This document shows positions 38,490 through 39,688 of a DNA stretch of 39,688 bases, piece by piece (position 1 is the stretch's first letter; every line of letters starts with the position of its first letter). This DNA comes from Eubacteriales bacterium (GTDB taxonomy: Bacteria; Bacillota; Clostridia; Oscillospirales; SIG627): the NCBI GenBank assembly GCA_045595105.1, contig JAZNZV010000165.1:1-39688 (forward strand), in the 5' to 3' direction. The translations under genes were made by a program, and so were the position numbers. Below the pieces are notes generated by a model. It saw only the letters and a list, made by a program, of their open reading frames with translations. It ran no database searches and was not told the DNA's origin.

Positions 38490-39688
38490 TTAATTATCAT
38501 CGGGGTTGTCCTCTATGACTTCCTCGTCCTCTTCTCCCTCTTCGGGAATCTCTTCTTCCATAGGCATCTCACCGCCCTGCATCTGCATCGCTTGCGCTTC
38601 TGCATCGGCTATCTGTGAAGCCTGACTATCGGGATCTTCCATAAGGAATTGCTGAGCTCTCTGTTGCATTGCTTGTGCTTGTGCCTCAATCATTGCAATC
38701 TTCTTCTGTTCTTCCCTTATGCCCTCAATAGCCTCTTGTATCTTCATCTTGGGCGCAACGGAATCATCGTCAAGTATCTCGGCATATATTGCAAGTTCGC
38801 TCACTCTCTGCGCCGTAAAGAAGCCTTGAAGCAATAGGTTTTCAATCGTCTGCTCTTGAGCAAATTTGTCATATACGCCCTTTGGAGTGACATCTATCTT
38901 GACAGTAGCTTGCAACTGCTCCAATGCGCTCTGCGGTACATTGACGATTTGATATGTTTCCTCTCCCGTCATGGGGTCGGTGACCTTCTCTTCCATGTTT
39001 ATGCCGTTAGTGGAATAAACGATAAGATACTCAAGCCATATCCTTGCCAAATCCTCGACAAAGTTCTTGTAGCTTTCCTTCTGCTCGGTCATAGGTGCTT
39101 GAGATGCTTGCTGAACGGCAAGAATCGCACGACCCGATGCGCTTTCGGGATTGACCTGACCCGTAGCCGTATCTCCTGCTCCTGCCAAATCTCTTGTGAC
39201 TTGTATCAAGTCTTCCTGCAACTGCTTGACATCGGGAGACATCTGTGCGGGTGGTATCGTGCCGACTATCTTGTGTACATCGTCAACGGGCTGTCCGTTG
39301 GTTCGTATCGTACCGCCGACAGTATTCAAGGCTTGAGGATTAGAGACCTTGCTTGTATCAACGACCTTCTGCGGATATGCTTGGTATTTGACAGTTAATA
39401 CTCGTCTTACCTCGGTGCGGTTGACCTCGATTTGGTTAGGAATGAGATATCTCACCTCACCCTCACCTCGTGCGCTTCCTTCACGCTCTTCCCAATTGAA
39501 ATGTGCTATCGGATAGAGCGAAAGACCCGTGTCGGTGTCCTCGGAGATATCTACCCAACGAGTAGCAACAGAAAAGTGTACTGTTCCGTCCTGCTTGAAC
39601 ATCTTGTACACCACAGTAACCATGTTGTCGAGTTCTACCTTTGCATCGTCACCGCTTTCCTCAAAGGTATCGTTATCACCGATAATGA
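38490..39688 (-). CDS. Portal protein, C-terminal part; the N-terminal continuation is in 1..727 via the circular junction
   Basis: Open frame to the window end. Acidic C-terminal tail EEIPEEGEEDEEVIEDNPDDN. The last 141 nt duplicate positions 1-141. Confidence 0.8.
   Translation of the reverse strand, partial: IIGDNDTFEESGDDAKVELDNMVTVVYKMFKQDGTVHFSVATRWVDISEDTDTGLSLYPIAHFNWEEREGSARGEGEVRYLIPNQIEVNRTEVRRVLTVKYQAYPQKVVDTSKVSNPQALNTVGGTIRTNGQPVDDVHKIVGTIPPAQMSPDVKQLQEDLIQVTRDLAGAGDTATGQVNPESASGRAILAVQQASQAPMTEQKESYKNFVEDLARIWLEYLIVYSTNGINMEEKVTDPMTGEETYQIVNVPQSALEQLQATVKIDVTPKGVYDKFAQEQTIENLLLQGFFTAQRVSELAIYAEILDDDSVAPKMKIQEAIEGIREEQKKIAMIEAQAQAMQQRAQQFLMEDPDSQASQIADAEAQAMQMQGGEMPMEEEIPEEGEEDEEVIEDNPDDN
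39548..39688. repeat. Terminal direct repeat, copy 2
   Basis: Identical to 1..141. Confidence 0.97.

Larger units (their letters stand above)
1..39688. mobile_element. Complete temperate phage genome, circularly closed (unique length 39,547 bp)
   Basis: Exact 141-bp overlap of the window ends. Full complement present: terminase, portal, scaffold, capsid, lysis, serine integrase, cI/cro-like switch and replication genes. Portal frame is continuous across the junction. Confidence 0.85.

Noticed and set aside
1-39688. tRNA, tmRNA, rRNA, transposase/IS elements, and stop-codon recoding
   Set aside because: No cloverleaf-like sequences were seen in any intergenic region. All long genes, including the 7.7-kb ORF, are intact in the standard code. 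No IS-type inverted repeats or transposase motifs were seen.

Overview
The window is one complete, circularly closed temperate phage genome. The first 141 bp are repeated exactly at the end, so the unique length is 39,547 bp, and the portal gene reads in frame across that junction. Signals are Firmicutes-like: GGAGG or GGCGGTG ribosome-binding sites, a GH25 plus CW_7 endolysin, and an XhlA-like lysis protein.

Transcription map as read from the sequence:
1. Lysogeny block on the + strand, 16865-19180: cI-like HTH repressor, small membrane protein, large serine integrase. A candidate attP (19268-19307) follows, flanked by two terminators.
2. Early operon on the - strand, 16710 down to 6662. It holds a cro-like HTH, two GIY-YIG genes and one HNH gene, a Sak4-like ATPase, a DUF669-type SSB, a replisome organizer with internal iterons, a MazG-like protein, a long chain of translationally coupled mini-genes (many Cys-rich), and a DUF1492/RinA-like late regulator.
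3. Late operon on the - strand, from about 3090 down through position 1 and wrapping to 39547-19470. It holds terS, terL, portal, scaffold, major capsid, fibre-like proteins, a 2566-aa polyvalent giant protein, and a lysis cassette. I see no tape-measure, tail-tube or sheath gene.
4. A self-contained + strand cassette (3556-6626) sits between the late regulator and terS. It has its own consensus promoter, palindromic operators, a divergent ribbon-helix-helix (RHH) gene and a bidirectional terminator.

Most interesting items:
- the RHH-controlled antisense cassette (J-domain protein, HNH, DUF3846-like, second RHH paralog, six unknown small ORFs)
- the giant polyvalent virion protein, with an HExxH motif, two paralogous H..Y/F modules and repeated ADIAPS linkers
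- a roughly 130-nt three-way-junction plus U-tract leader in front of terS
- a protein carrying two unusual aromatic repeat arrays

No tRNA, rRNA, CRISPR array, reverse transcriptase or transposase was seen. All family names come from motif recognition by eye; no database search was possible.
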